Below, piece after piece: positions 37,615 to 50,020 of a stretch of 64,000 nucleotides of DNA; the stretch's first letter is position 1; each line of letters starts with the position of its first letter. The DNA is taken from the NCBI GenBank assembly GCA_965153285.1, contig OZ229110.1, one strand, 5' to 3'. The DNA comes from Podarcis tiliguerta. Taxonomy: Eukaryota. A program made the translations under genes and the position numbers. Under the pieces are notes generated by a model. It ran no database searches, was not told where the DNA came from, and saw only the letters and a list, made by a program, of their open reading frames with translations.

Positions 37615-38215
37615 TTTTCTCCCTGTCTCATAAAACTAGAACACGGGGTCATGTAAGGAAGGTGAAGGGAGGGAGGACCAGGAGAGACGAAAGGAACTAG
37701 CACCTGGTTCCTCTCACAGCACATGGTTTAGTTATGGGATTGGCTACCTCATAAAACTAGAACACAGGGTCATGAAAGGAAGGTGAAGGGAGGGAGGACC
37801 AGGAGAGACGAAAGGAACTAGCACCTGGTTCCTCTCACAGCACATGGTTTAGTTATGGGATTGGCTACCTCATAAAACTAGAACACGGGGTCATGAAAGG
37901 AAGGTGAAGGGAGGGAGGACCAGGAGAGACGAAAGGAACTAGCACCTGGTTCCTCTCACAGCACATGGTTTAGTTATGGGATTGGCTACCACAAGATGTA
38001 GCTATTTACACCCACTTGGATGAATTTAGAAGAGAATTAATCACATTCATGGAGAGTAAGGCTATCAACAGTCATGATAGCTGTATCTTACCTCCAGTAT
38101 CAGAGGCAGTATGCTGCTGGGGACCAAGCATCAGGAGAGGGCTATTGCACTCATGTTCTGCTTTGCATTTCTCATAGGTATCTGGGGCTCCTATAGGAAC
38201 AGGATGCTGAGCTTC
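37615..38215 (+). mobile_element. CR1 LINE 3' fragment containing a tandem triplication
   Basis: Homologous to the CR1 3' region at 42650-43060 (cacagcacat.gtt...ccacaag...aaggcta). Confidence 0.75.
37627..37989. repeat. Tandem repeat, 3 x 121 bp, nearly identical units
   Basis: Units starting ctcataaaactagaacac begin at 37627, 37748 and 37869. Confidence 0.95.
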
Positions 38216-41200
38216 CTACATTTGTAAGCGCACGTATTGGGATTTGGGCCCCCGTCTCTTAACCAAAGGCTTATGCAAATATATTCTATGTGCCATGACT
38301 CACCTAACTGATGCATCTGTTGACAAGTTCTTCAAGGCAATTAAAAATGCAAAACAAAAACAAAAAAAGCCCCAACTTAATTATGCACCTATCTTTTCCA
38401 GGGACAGACGGTAGCGACTGGAGTTCTATAGCAGCTTTGGAAATTTCATTTTGAAGCTAGCATAATGACGCCGATCAGTCTCTCGTTTTAATGTTCCCAG
38501 TTAGAGCAAAAGAGAGAACGGGGGTTGGAGCCTTGCTATGCAAATGTTGAGAATTAATGCAGTACCCAAGGTCTCACAGGAGCAGCTCACACAGACAAGA
38601 TAGTATGTAAAACAGCAGCTCATATCCAATAGCCAAATTAAGCTGCTTTTTAAAAAAAGTCTTATCAAAATATAGAGCTTCGCAGTCCAATCGTTTTAAT
38701 TAAAAGCTCAGTAATGTCTTCATTTGTCTCTTGCCACTCCTAGAATCCCATAGCCCTACAATGGCACATGGAGTTGGTTATTGCATTTGCAGAAAGCATA
38801 CATTTAATGTTCGTCTTCTTAAAAACCTCAAGAGTTGAGATCCCACAACCGCAACACAAAGAGACTCCACTCTTTAATACTGCCTTAAGAATCAGGAGGA
38901 GGTCAAATGGGCTGGTGTGGGTGTGGGTGTGGGTGTGCAGGTGCACATTGGGGTTTGGAAGCTTTTTGTTCAGGGGGGGGAAATGCATATTTCTATAATA
39001 CACTGCAGGGAAATTCTAGCTACTGTGCAGAATATCACGTTCCAGATCCTTTCCCCAGAGGCCACCTAATGGTTACATCAATAACAAATAAAGATGAAAT
39101 AATAGTTCATGCAAGTGGCATGAACATAGTACTGGTGATATGAGCTGTCCCACATGTGTATTTTCAAGGGCTTTAATGAATACTTAGGAATCCTACTGCT
39201 TCTTCAGTTCATGCACATGGCTACAATTCATAAGTTGTACTTTTCCATGGGTTGGACTTAGAATAGGGCAGCTCTGTCTGCCCATAAAGTATTGCAGCTG
39301 CAGCCCTGACTGCCAGACTCAAACACAATCCCATCGTGATGTGGTTTCTCCCCACCCCACCCCCTAAAGCACGATGGATAGTGCTATGGCTTCAGTCTGA
39401 ACTGGATATTTCTACTGTTCAGCTACCTGCTGGCTGGTAGTGTATTTGTTAAATCATTCAAATGTTAGCCACTGGGTTATGGAGAGACCACATATAAATA
39501 CACCAAACGAACAAAACTGTTCAGGAATGATCACCAATAGGGGACCTCCTACCCACTCTTCTGCCACTGTTAGTTACGATTCTGCACTATTGTCAAAGTT
39601 AAGAAGGGGCGGACTGCTAGAAACCCTGCTCTGTTTCTGGCACTCTGCAAGCCAAACTGGAGATAAGGGCAGTAAAGAAAAAAACAGACTGCTTAAGGGA
39701 GGACTGTGCCACAGATGCTGCGCTGTGCCCCTCCTAGCCCCCAAGCTAGACAGGATACTCTGCAAGTACATCTTGCATAGCACTATCCCCCAATAAAGAG
39801 GGCAGTGGAAGGAGGCCATAGAATGGGCTTTCTTGATATTCTTTCCAGCCTGGAGCAGCCAATGTCTAAACACTGGGAGACAATGCCTCTGTTTTCTGTT
39901 ATATTCCTCTTCAGCTGTAGTGAGTGGCATCAAAAGCCCTCTTCAGGCATTCGTAATCTGTGTACCGTATTCCTGTGAGGGGAGGCCAAAGGGACAAGTG
40001 TCCTTCTCACCCTCCATAAGTTGTGTGAAGTGGCAAGACTCCTGGATTCATGGAGGCTCTTCCCACACAGAGGTTCTCCACAAGGATGCTTATCATGGTG
40101 TACAGATTATGAATGCCTGAAGAAGACTAAAGAAGACTCTGATTTTGACCCAGAATGCACAATGTAAAATGTTCATGTATCTGAAAACTGACAGGGCAAC
40201 TAAAAACTAAAACTAATAGAATGGCTTTTCCACCTTTATTATTTGTTTTATAAGCAAAATATTTCTGCTTGAATGATTATATTAGACATTTCTGCAGGGC
40301 GAAGCCAGCTCTTTGTTTTGAGGAGATCCGCTGAGGAAAAATACAAGCAGAGACCTTTGTCTAACCTGAAATGTTTGATGACATTCATGCTTGAGCAAAA
40401 ATACTTTCCTTCCAACTGTTTTTCCAGGTGTTCCAGTCTGAAATGTGTTCATAAGCACTTAAACAATGACTAAGGCCCTCATCAACATCTTCCCTCGGGC
40501 TTATTATTTATAGTTCCTCCAGTCAGCCCTAGAATCTTCCAGGGGAAGCTGACAGCTGAGAATATAAAGAACTGCAGGAAAGATTTAAGCTTCTAAATTA
40601 ATAATAGCAACAATAAAAAAATACTACAGTGGTTACCTGACCACCCTGGATCCTACACAAGCTTCTCTTCCTTACCTCCAAAACTTTCCCATAACTTTGC
40701 ACCTCAGAGCCAGTCCTCCCATTAGGCAGTGTGAGGCAGCTATCTTTGGAGGGTGAAGGGAAGCAATGGCAGCCCTCTCTAGACGTTTTTTGGAGTCTCC
40801 TCACTCCCCTCTAGCAGCTTCACCTGCTGGAAAACGGAGCTGTCCATGTAATGTAACTTGTGCCGTACTCCCTAAAGCTAGCTAACCTTCTGTCCCCAGG
40901 TATGCTGAAGGACTCTGTCCCATCACCAGATTAAACTGGTGCTCTGGTCAGCTTCTGTATATGGAGGGGAGGGAGCATGTCTCGGGTACCAGGCCAGCCC
41001 TAATTATTTCTTATATGTTGCAACATTCCTACCTGTGGCCTTTGTACATCTGGCTCCACTATCCTCAGTTGTCCAAAGGTCTTCTGCTTCCTGACATGAT
41101 TTTGCCTTTTCATTCTTTCTTGTTTCCCCTTATGCCTGGAACTGAATCCTACAGCACCTCTGTGGGTACACCTCACTTACTTACTTTAAATCTTTCCTCA

Positions 41201-41563
41201 AAACCCACCCTTTCCATGGAATGTCCCCTGAGACCCGATGCCCTACATAAGGCATTCAAACAAGATAAGATTCAAACAAGACATGCTGTGGGTTTCACAC
41301 TGTCTGCCACATGTATGATTAATATCTGCCTGCTGGACAGAAGTTGTGGGTATGTCATCAGTGCAATGAGTTCCTGGCATTCTGGGAACAAGTTTGTTCC
41401 CTTGAGCCCAAGGTAGCTGAACTGGAAAAGCTGAGAGAGGTAGCAAAGTTAGTGGGTGAGGGCTGAGGTCTGCAGGGACATTATAGCTACACCCCATTCT
41501 CATGATAATAGCTGCCTTGCAGTTATGGAGAGGGTGGGTCTTGGAGAAGGAGGGTATCACTAT

Positions 41564-43066
41564 GAGGACTGGAAAACAGCCAATGTAATACCATTTTTAA
41601 AAGGGATCTGGTGGTGGTGGGGAGCCAGGAAATTACAGGCTGGTTAGCTTAAAGTCTGTCCCAGGAAAACTGGTGGAAAGTATAGTTAAAGATAAAATAT
41701 GCAAGCATATAGAAGAACAAGCCTTGCTTAAAGAGAACCAGCATGGCTTCTGCAAGGATAAGTCCTGTCTCATTAATCCGTTACAGTTGTTTGGGAGTGT
41801 CCAGAAGCGTATATAGAACTGATCCAGCTGACATAGTATACTTGGACTTTTCATAAGCTTTTGACAAAGTACCGCACCAAAGACTACTGAGTAAGGTTAG
41901 AAGTCATGGAATAAGAGGAGAGGTTCTCTTGTGCACCAGGAACTGGTTGTGTAACAGGAAGCAGAGAGTAGGAATAAAGGGACAATTCTCCCAATGGAGG
42001 GATGTAGAAAATGGACTCTCCCAAGGATCAGTAGACGGACCTGTGCTTTTTAACTAGTTCATCAATGATCTAGAGTTGGGGGTGAGCAGTGGGGTGGCCA
42101 GATTTGCTGATGATCCTAAATTGTTCAGGGTCATGTGTTTTTTCTTTAGCATTTTGAAGTGATCTGACATGACATCTTCAAACTAAGTGAATGGGCAATA
42201 AATACCAAATGCCATTCAATGTAAACAAATGTAAAGTGATGCATGTCAGGGCAAAACAAATGCCAGTCACATATACACTGGCAGAGTGTGATCAGAAACG
42301 AGACCTTCAGGTAGTGGTGGATGGCTCAATGAAGACATTGAGCCAACTATGAAAGGGGCAAATTTTGTGCTAGGGATCATTAGGAAAGGAATTGAAAATA
42401 AAATGCCATTAAAAATCTATGGTGCAAATACACTTGGAATACTGTGTGCCGTTCTGATTGCCTCACTACAGACAGGATATTGTAGAGTTGGAAAAAAATC
42501 AGAAAAGGGAAACCAAAATGATCAAAGGGACAGAGTGACTCCTCTACGAGGAAAGGCTGCTGCATTCGTGTATTTTAAGTTTACAAGAAAGGCGAGTGAG
42601 AGGGGACATGATTGATATGTATACAATTATTCATTCCATTGAGATAAAAGTTTTTCTCCCTCAAAACACTGGAACTTGTGGGCATTGAACGAAGCTGAAT
42701 TTTGGAAGATTCAGGACAGGCAAAAGTCCTTCTTCCCACAGCACATAGTTAAACTGTGGAATTTGCTCCCACAAGAGGCTGTGATGGCCACCAAATTGGA
42801 TGGCTGTAAAAGAGGATTAGACAAATTCACAGAGGTAAAGGCTACCAGTTGCTACTCTCTGCCCCCATGGTCGGAAGCAAAATGCTTCTGAACACCTGTT
42901 GCTGGAAACCACAGGAGAGGAGAGTGCTGTTGTGCTCTGGTCCTGCTAGTGGGCTTTCCATGGGTCAGGGCAAAACAAATGTCAGTCACTGTTGGCCACT
43001 GTGACAACAGAATGCTGGGCTAGATGGGCCATTGGAGTGATCTAGCAGGCTCTTCTTATGTTTTTA
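41564..43066 (+). mobile_element. CR1 LINE, 5'-truncated, decayed RT ORF
   Basis: Disrupted frames carry CR1 RT-like motifs (DWKTANVIPF, NQHGFCKDKSC, YLDF..AFDKVPH, FINDL, FADD), followed by a CR1-like 3' end. Confidence 0.9.
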
Positions 43067-43796
43067 AGGGCACTTCCAGAACATTCTATTTTCAATTTGG
43101 ATCCAATCTCACAGCAGCAAATTCATGTTGAGTAATTATAGTTGATTGGGAACTCTCGCACAACAAACCCGCTTCCCCAAAAGATAAGATTTTTTTGCAA
43201 TAACAAAAGTGACAGGAAAATGCACTCGGAAGTGTGGCATAACCCTTGCTTTGATGCAATGTTATCTAACCTCCTGCAATCAAATCAGAAGGAATGCTCA
43301 TTAAGTAGCCAATGTCAACTACACTTTTTGTAAACCACTTTCTTGTTTTTTCTTTTACAGTCAAGTGGTATATAAATTTTATGACATAAATCAGTAAATA
43401 AATACTCCTCCTGTAAACAGATCAATGAATGATGGATGCTCCATAAATAGACCATCCATTAGCGCTCTAAATGTCTTGAATCAGATCACTTTTCATCTCA
43501 CTTTCCGCAAGTAAATATTACTTGCTACTTGGTGCAGAAGACCCATATGTAGAAAGCAAGAAGATGGTCCTGCAAAGAGAAATGAACTGCTGGCTACTTT
43601 TCTCAGCCCATTTCCAGAATGTTCTTACAGCAGAAACAATGAAAGACAACACCAATAAAACAAGACTTGTGCTTGTGAATGTGTCCATTTCATGGTTTTC
43701 TGGATGTTGAAATAGATCTCATTCCCCACCCCACCCCTCCCAGCCCTGAGACCAGGTCTACTGGACTTGGGCTGGTTGGCCTGTCTACCTCCATAG

Positions 43797-44104
43797 CTAC
43801 ATGTGTAGCTGGTGCCACATAGCAATCTGCCTTCTGGGGTTCCTCAGCATCTCTTCCCAGTGGTTCCTTTCTGTGCCGGTGGCATGCAGGCCAAGGCTGC
43901 ACTTCCCCAGTAAGCGGTTCTGCCCATCATCTCCATCCTGGCTTAGCATCTCCAGCTCCACACTGGAAGCACACAGCAGGTCGTGGGGCACCTCAAACAT
44001 GATCATTTCATTCCAGACAGGGTTGATCTTGTGCTTTGCACGCTTCGTCTGCTTCTTTTTCAGTTTCAGGGACTGGTGCTTCAGGGTCACCTTAACAGAT
44101 ATAT
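43797..44104 (-). CDS. SYT13: Synaptotagmin-13 last coding exon (C2B)
   Basis: Acceptor ctgcag|; encodes DISVKVTLKHQSLKLKKKQTKRAKHKINPVWNEMIMFE...HWEEMLRNPRRQIAMWHQLHM*. Confidence 0.96.
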
Positions 44105-44464
44105 CTGCAGGGACAGGGATATAGATATATATAAAAAAAGCGGTCATTTGATACCATTTCCTCCTAGCCTTCTAAAATATTATTGGTAAACTGCAGCAGT
44201 CATTGAGGGCCAAACTAGATGTGGCTGTGGTGGATGCTGGTTCTTTTCATGTGTCAACCCAATCCTTATATAAGGCAGGAGATGGGGGTCTTGCTTTAAC
44301 AGTAAAAGGAGACCAAGGAAATGCACTGCTGAGGTCCATCTCCATCCCATTCCTAGAAGGAGAGCCGGGAGCAGAGAAACCCTACTGAAACAACCAACTG
44401 TGGAAAGTTAACGGGTAGGAGAAGTTTCAGTGAGTGACTTTTATGTGTTCCTTTTTGTGTTAAG

Positions 44465-44466
44465 GT

Positions 44467-44534
<68 letters not shown>
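44465..44534. repeat. Compound (GT)n(GA)n microsatellite
   Basis: Read directly from the sequence. Confidence 0.95.
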
Positions 44535-44536
<2 letters not shown>

Positions 44537-45313
44537 ACTGTATAGGAACAGGGTGGAAATTTGAAGGACAGTCCCATCACAACTAGTTTGGCTCTAAGTT
44601 TCTGACATCTACCATAACATAATATACAATCCATACAGCAGGCCCTGTGGCCCTCCAGGTATTCTTGGAGTCCAGCCCCTATCAGCCTTAGCCAGCGATG
44701 ATGGAAGTTGGAGTCCAGCAACACCTGGAGGACCAAAGGTTCCCTCATCTCTGCTATATGCAAATTCATTCATGAAGCTTATTGTAACACTGCCTGCCAC
44801 GTGTCATAGCATGCGTAAAATTTCTGCTTGTCAACTTTTTTATCCCTTCTTTCAGTGCTACAGGGCTGCACTGCTGGGCACGATTGATTCACTTGTGTTA
44901 ATAAAAGGCCATGTTGCCCAAAGCTGAATGGACAAGCAAGCAGACATTAGGCATTGCTGGCTGGAAAGGTTAATGAAAGGCATTATAATGAACAATAAAG
45001 AGCATTTAGTCAGGACTTTAGAGTGTTCCAAGTACTCCATATCTCAGCAAATGTTACAGCTACACTGTGAGGTAGGTCAGTATTGTTATCTTCAAATTAA
45101 CAGCGGGCAGTGGGGAGCTGAGACTCAGAGGCACTAGCTTGCCTAAGACCCATCTAATGAGATGATAACAACAACAACAGGAGAAGCAACAATAATATGC
45201 CACCCATCTGACTGGGTTGCCCCAGCCACTCTGGGCGACTTCCAGCAAAATATAAAAACACAATAAAACATCTAACATTAAAAACTTTCCTCTACAGGGA
45301 ATCCCTGGTGGTG

Positions 45314-45314
<1 letters not shown>

Positions 45315-45361
<47 letters not shown>

Positions 45362-45383
45362 TCCTTCCTTCCTTCCTTCTTTC
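45315..45383. repeat. (CTTT)n(CCTT)n microsatellite
   Basis: Read directly from the sequence. Confidence 0.9.
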
Positions 45384-45576
45384 CTCCCCCCCCTTTTTTT
45401 CTATCTTGTTTAAAAAAGCTTAAATTAAAAAAAAATGCAGAAAGGGAAATTGTGACTCACTCAAAGCCTGCACACTTCATTATGCCAGCTAATTAAATAT
45501 ATTTTCTCTACCTGGCTTAATAGAAAGGCAAAGTCTGTGGTTGCATCCCATCAACATGTTCCTCTTTCACACTCAC

Positions 45577-45706
45577 CCTTCCCGAGAAGCTCTTTCAGCT
45601 GTTTGGAGTGGAGATTCTTGGCTTTTATGAGCACCACAAGCAGACGGTTTGCTGCAGGCAGATAGCTGATGGAAAGGAGAACTTCTCCATAGCCTGCATC
45701 TGGCTC
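45577..45706 (-). CDS. SYT13: Synaptotagmin-13 exon 5 (start of C2B)
   Basis: 130 nt, not listed in the ORF track. Encodes EPDAGYGEVLLSISYLPAANRLLVVLIKAKNLHSKQLKELLGK; donor G|GTGAGT. Confidence 0.95.
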
Positions 45707-46219
45707 CTGCAGTTCAGTGAGATAAATGGGGAAAGAATGTACTCTGCACCTTCTACATTAGTCCATGCAAAGGACTGAGCAACTGCACAATGAAGGGTGG
45801 TGGCGGCAAAGAAGACTCAGAAGAGTATGTGGTTCAGTAGGCCACCAGGAGTTCCTCACGCTCCTGTTTTGAGGCAGAAGCTTAATTCACCTGTCTCACA
45901 TCACACTACATTGTTTGTTTGTCTTATATTGGCATGCTGCGGTCCATGGGGGATGGTTGCAAAGCCAAAACAAAATAATGCAGAAATCCACACTTTAGCA
46001 AAGTTCAGAATTAATAATTTTAGATCTGGGAGATGAGAACAAGCAGACTGAATTTTGAGCAACAATTTTAAAAAATAATAATTAAATATTTAAATCCTGC
46101 TTAAGAGTTTTAAAGCAATACAGTTTGATATCAGCTTGCCGAATTCGGTGGCCAACTATTCAGTGGCCCTGGATGGACATCCCTGTTCACACCAGTAGTT
46201 TCATTTTGCTACTTCTTTA

Positions 46220-46527
46220 GGGCTTGAATGACCATTACACTGTAGATCAAGGTCTCCCCCACACTTCTGCTTCTCCTGCCACTTTCCCCTGGGAAAACCT
46301 GCCGCTTACCACTGAATTGGAAGAAATGTTTTTTGGAATATCAGTTTTTCAACGGATTGTCATTTGCTCCAATTCAGCAGTAAATAGTGGGTTTTCCCAG
46401 GGAAAGTGGCAGGACAAACAAACAAAAAAACCCAGTCAGACCCATGCCTAGAAAGCACAAGACAAGTGGAAAACCTCTTGGATTCATGCTTTCTAGGCAC
46501 AGGACAAGCAGAAGTGTGAACGAGCCC
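46220..46527. mobile_element. Putative PIF/Harbinger-type MITE
   Basis: tta|GGGCT...AGCCC|taa ends; sub-terminal inverted cacacttctgctt / aagcagaagtgtg; internal inverted repeats. Confidence 0.5.
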
Positions 46528-49500
46528 TAAGATAGATGTGCATCAAGATGTACATAGAAACACAGAACCACAGAATTGTAGAGTTGGAAGGGATTCTGGG
46601 GGCCATGTAGTCCAACCTCCTATAATGCAGGAATATGCAGCTGTCCTATATGGGGATCGAACCTGCAACATTGGCTATTGGTGAAGGCTGCTTACCTATA
46701 TAGGTCTCCCTTTCTACACTGGAGTGGAGCAGATATTTCACATCTTATTTATCTTCAGTTCATCAGCATCTGGGATTGTTGGGCAGGGGGTTCAGACTAA
46801 GAGGCAAACATCTGAAAGTTTGCATGCAAGTTTGAGCTTGCTCACAAGCTCCCCACAATGCTGTCGTTAGACATTTTTAGAGAGTTTCAAAAAATGCAAA
46901 AGGAGGTGAAATAGATATACTGTTCTGGGAGGCATCAAGAAGATTTAAAACGCTCCCATTATCTTTCTGCGAAACATTGCCCTCTGCTCTCCCGCTAGCT
47001 GTTGATTGTGTTATGTGAGCTGCTACAGTGACAGTTCTAGCACACAGCACTAAAGCATAACTCATATCCTTGCTGCGATGACAGCAATTAAAGGCAGCAT
47101 TTGCACAGGAGCTTTAATGTGTTGATGAGCACTGACAACAAGAGAGGGGAGGAAGAGGCTTCTTGGCAAGTAAACCAAACATAGGGGTGTGTTTGTGTTG
47201 CAGAAGCTTAAGATTGATTCATAGGATCGGGCAGTTAGTAGCTTCTAGGGATGTGACACATTTCACTATGAATGGGGGGGGGAGGGGAAACATCTGAACT
47301 GAATGGGGCCAACTTGGTTCAAATTTCATTTGCTATTATACAAAGGATGCGAGTAATTAATGGATACAAAAGGGTTTGTTTTCATTACCCCATTCATACC
47401 ATTCACCACTCATTCAGGGATGCAAGGACCTTGATCTTCTCCAGCAGCAGCAACTAAGTTTAGTGGGTACCCTCTAGGAGCGGCCATTTAATTTCCCCAG
47501 AATGCCTCAGATATTGTATCTATCAGTGGGGGAAATGGCAGCTGCTGTGGTGCGGAGGGTGGGGTGGGGGGGTGCCATGATGTCTGGGAAATAAAGGGAA
47601 GATAAAAAATGGTGCTTGCAGAAGGTGCCCACTAAAATAAGTTCTGGGATCATCATTGTCTCTAGTGGCAGCAGAACAGAAAAAAAGGATACAGCAGAAA
47701 GGAAAGAGAGAGACAGAAACCAATGTAATTTTTCTTAGTGAATAAGGAAATCAAGGTAACTTTAATAAATTAAAAATAAATGAATTCAGCAAATTAGTAA
47801 TGGAGTCGGTTTAAATAACAAAATTACTGCAGGAACCTCCCTTCTTACGTGCACCTTTTATTAGGAAATTCAATCTAAATTGAATCATTTGCATATGTTA
47901 GTAGAAGAGAGACTGGATATTATCTGGCGAGTTGGCTTGACACTACACTGAAATGCATACCTAGGCTGCAATCCTATAGTCCCCGGGAGAATGTGTCAGT
48001 CCCCACAAGATGAATAGGATCTATCCCCTGATGCTGGAATAGAGCTCCAACATTAGAGAGGAAAGCTGCCTTTGCTACTAGCTCCTCTGAAGCCCTGGAT
48101 GTTGGAGTTTTGATGTCCAAAGGGCCCAACAGAGCGTGTGCCAGAGGCATGCTGAGACGTGGTTGGGACATGAAGGATTCTAAGCCCTCCTGGCTCCCTG
48201 TCATACCTCCAAACTTGGGGAAAATTTAAAGATGCTTTTTAAGTGTGTCTAAATCTTTCCGTGAGCCCTCTCATTGTTTCCAATAGGAGGGAATGTGTTT
48301 TTTTAAAAAAATGTAATTTAAAACAAACAGGCCATGGAACACATGAAGGAATACAAGATTGTTCCGCTGTCTTCACTCTGCCTGTCCTGCTGCTGCAAGG
48401 CCTGCAGAAGGTGGTTAAACCACCTTTATGTCCTTTCCCACCTCCCTTAGGATTATAGCCTTTATGAACTATAAGCTTAGCTGTAGCATCTTTTTAAATG
48501 AACTGTCAGCTGTGCTCATCACTTCCTCCTTGGCAATTGGTGAGAGAGCAATTTCGCTAGCATCTCTGAGCAAACCTTCTTAAGGATCACATAGTGTTAC
48601 TGGGTGTTTTTTTAAAAACTCTCCTTTGTCCCTTAGTTATTGACCTTGTAGACTTCTGACCTCTCTTTCTCTCAATCTCATTTGTCCGACTCTCTACATA
48701 TATCCCCAAACACAGAACAATTGCAGTGGCAATTTATCTCTCTCCCAATCCTTTTAAGTGAAAGCCATATGTTACTCCAATAGGGAATCAGTTGATAGAA
48801 AAAGAAGGGGCATAGAAGCAGGAAGAATGAACATGTGTGCTTTTAAAAGATGCAACAATGAATAGAAAAGGCAAAGGAATAAGGGGACGACATTTTCTTC
48901 AATAATCCTATATACTAAAAGCAACTCATTTTCAATGTGTCAATATTTATGAAGTCAACATGACACCATTCATGTACAAGAAGAAGGTATTAGAGACTGG
49001 GAGAAATGCAAAGTTTGCAGGAGTACAAAAAATGGGAAACCCTTTATTTAAAAAAAAAACAATGGGGGAGGGAACTGAAAACAGTTCAATGAAGGCTGGG
49101 CATATTCAGGGGTCATAACATGCAAAGTATATATTGGGGCTAAATAGAAAACTGGGGAAATGTGGGGGGAGATGGAATGGAGTATCCTGGGAAAGGTGGC
49201 TGGCTAGAATCATGAACAGGAGAATATACGGCAACATTTTATTGCACATCCCACTTGTTTAATTTCTTTGAAGAAATTATTTTGTATGTTTAATAAATTC
49301 ATCTACTGTCCTCATCAGAACTGTTTCTACGGCGACTGTGTTTCTAACTGAAAAAGAATAATCTCTGATAGCTAATGTTCAACAGAGGGAGGATTATTTG
49401 AAAAGACCTGTTACTCAGAGGACAAGGGAACAAAACCCGTCCACGTAATCTCACCTCTTAAGAATAAGAGGGATTTCCATTAAAAAAAATCTTAAGGGCA

Positions 49501-49796
49501 GAACTGAATATTATGAAAGACACAAAGCTGATGGTTTGGTGTCTTTTGAGTGACAAGAATAGCTTCATAACACACAGTGCTGCCCCCTATGCACTGGTTG
49601 ACCCCCCCCCCCAAAAAAAAAACTCAGGAAAAAGGACTTTAGATAAAATCTCTATAAATGGTCGTGGTGATTTGGAGGTTTAATCTGAAACCAAGCTGGA
49701 TTTGAGTTTGTTGTTATCTCTGTTATCTCTCCCTCTTTCATTATAGATGTTGACTTACTTTCTGGATATAAGTTCTGTATTATTTTATTAATACTA

Positions 49797-50020
49797 CAGT
49801 GGTACCTTGGGTCACAGACGCTTCAGGTTACAGACTCTGCTAACCCAGAAATAGTACCTCTGGTTAAGAACTTTGCTTCAGGATTAGAACAGAAATCACG
49901 CAGCGATGGCGTGGCAGCAGTGGGAGGCTCCATTAGCTAAAGTGGTACCTCAGGTTAAGAACAGTTTCATCTTAAGAACGGACCTCCGGAATGAATTAAG
50001 TTCTTAACCCAAGGTACCAT
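49797..50020 (-). mobile_element. Tc1/mariner MITE, same family, inverted
   Basis: TA|CAGTGGTACCTTGG...CCAAGGTACCAT; the interior is the reverse complement of the 24077 copy. Confidence 0.85.

Noticed and set aside
37627-37989. CRISPR-like array
   Set aside because: Eukaryotic DNA; the units are head-to-tail and near-identical with no unique spacers.
46220-46527. Link between the Harbinger-like MITE and the nested Myb gene
   Set aside because: They are 42 kb apart with no shared sequence; co-occurrence is expected in a repeat-rich genome.
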